From Calditrichia bacterium (GTDB lineage Bacteria; Calditrichota; Calditrichia; JAJRVZ01): DNA of 64,000 nt. The notes beneath the pieces were generated by a model. It did no database searches and was not told the DNA's origin. It was given only the letters and a program-made list of their open reading frames with translations. The stretch is from positions 64,001 through 128,000 of the forward strand of contig CAWCNS010000007.1 in assembly GCA_963796965.1 (NCBI GenBank), written 5' to 3'. The first letter of the stretch is position 1; the number at the start of each line of letters is the position of its first letter. Below, in pieces: positions 63,389 to 64,000 of the stretch. A program made the translations under genes and the position numbers.

Positions 63389-64000
63389 ATGAATAGCCGC
63401 GAAAGATTTGAATATGCGATGACGCACCGGAAGCCGGATCGCGTACCCATCGATATCGGTGGAACATCACTTACCGGTATGAGACCACACTGTCAGGAAA
63501 GCCTGCGTCAACTTCTGGGATTCTCAGGGAATTTTGTTGATACATACAAGAAAGTTGATGAGAGAATTCTTGAATGGGCGGGCACAGATTTCCGCTCAGT
63601 CGGCACAAGGGTGGTTTTGCCAAGTGCACATACCCGTATAATATCCTCTCGGGCAAAGATTGACTGTTGGGGGATTCGTCGAGATTGGATCGATGGGGAA
63701 TGGCAGATTACTCAAAGCCCATTACGAGGTGCTTCTCTTGACGATCTCAAATCCTACCAATGGCCAGAGGCGATTGTTGATGAAAAGCAGTTGGCAAGCT
63801 GGGAGAATCAGGCAAAGAAATTGAGAGAGCAAGATCGATATGTTGTTGTTGCAGAACATCCCGTGTATGGAATTCTTGAACTTGGTTGCTGGATGTGCGG
63901 ATACGACGATTTTTTTCTGAAACTTGCGGTAGATACCGATTTTGTTCGATTTTTCTTTGACAAGTTTCTTGAAATTCAAATGGCTGTAATTGAACAGTAT
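63389..64000 (+). CDS. URO-D / MtaA-CmuA-like family protein, runs off the window
   Basis: Manual translation open to the end: MNSRERF..HRKPDRVPIDIGGT, TDFR, DCWGI, SPLRGASLDDLKSYQWP, ILELGCWMCG. Confidence 0.85.
   Translation, partial: MNSRERFEYAMTHRKPDRVPIDIGGTSLTGMRPHCQESLRQLLGFSGNFVDTYKKVDERILEWAGTDFRSVGTRVVLPSAHTRIISSRAKIDCWGIRRDWIDGEWQITQSPLRGASLDDLKSYQWPEAIVDEKQLASWENQAKKLREQDRYVVVAEHPVYGILELGCWMCGYDDFFLKLAVDTDFVRFFFDKFLEIQMAVIEQY

Noticed and set aside
797..63979. Numerous short alternative-frame and antisense ORFs in the ORF track
   Set aside because: They overlap well-supported genes and have no recognisable motifs; only pieces completing frameshifted genes were used.

Overview
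Bacterial DNA of roughly 40% GC. The gene content (TonB receptor with a carboxypeptidase-regulatory-like N-terminus, PorV/PorQ-like barrel, FlgD-Ig/T9SS-type 'NYPNPFN' C-terminal domains, no SusD) suggests an FCB-related lineage such as Calditrichota or KSB1; this is inference. About 37 genes, all on the + strand except one (DUF819), form a carbohydrate and cell-envelope degradation island: GH172, GH38, GH92, GH31, PL1, PL11-like, PL22-like, BNR sialidase-like, sulfatase, two ceramidase-like proteins, two C45 Ntn-hydrolases, Gfo/Idh/MocA oxidoreductases, a TIM-barrel/DUF1080 fusion and two URO-D-family proteins. About 13 genes are split by small indels, most likely long-read consensus errors. 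Main points of interest: (1) a DUF1573 gene with an in-frame UGA at the first Cys of its CGC motif, followed by a SECIS-like hairpin (candidate selenoprotein); (2) a SusD-less TonB receptor / FN3-CTD protein / PorV / CTD-protein uptake module; (3) most intergenic spacers are filled with nested inverted-repeat elements of several families, one copy of which encloses a decayed GxxExxY nuclease gene and one of which is duplicated whole 3 kb away, pointing to a poorly described small mobile-element system; (4) two paralogues of an uncharacterised helical enzyme domain with different fusion partners. No CRISPR array, rRNA or tRNA was recognised.
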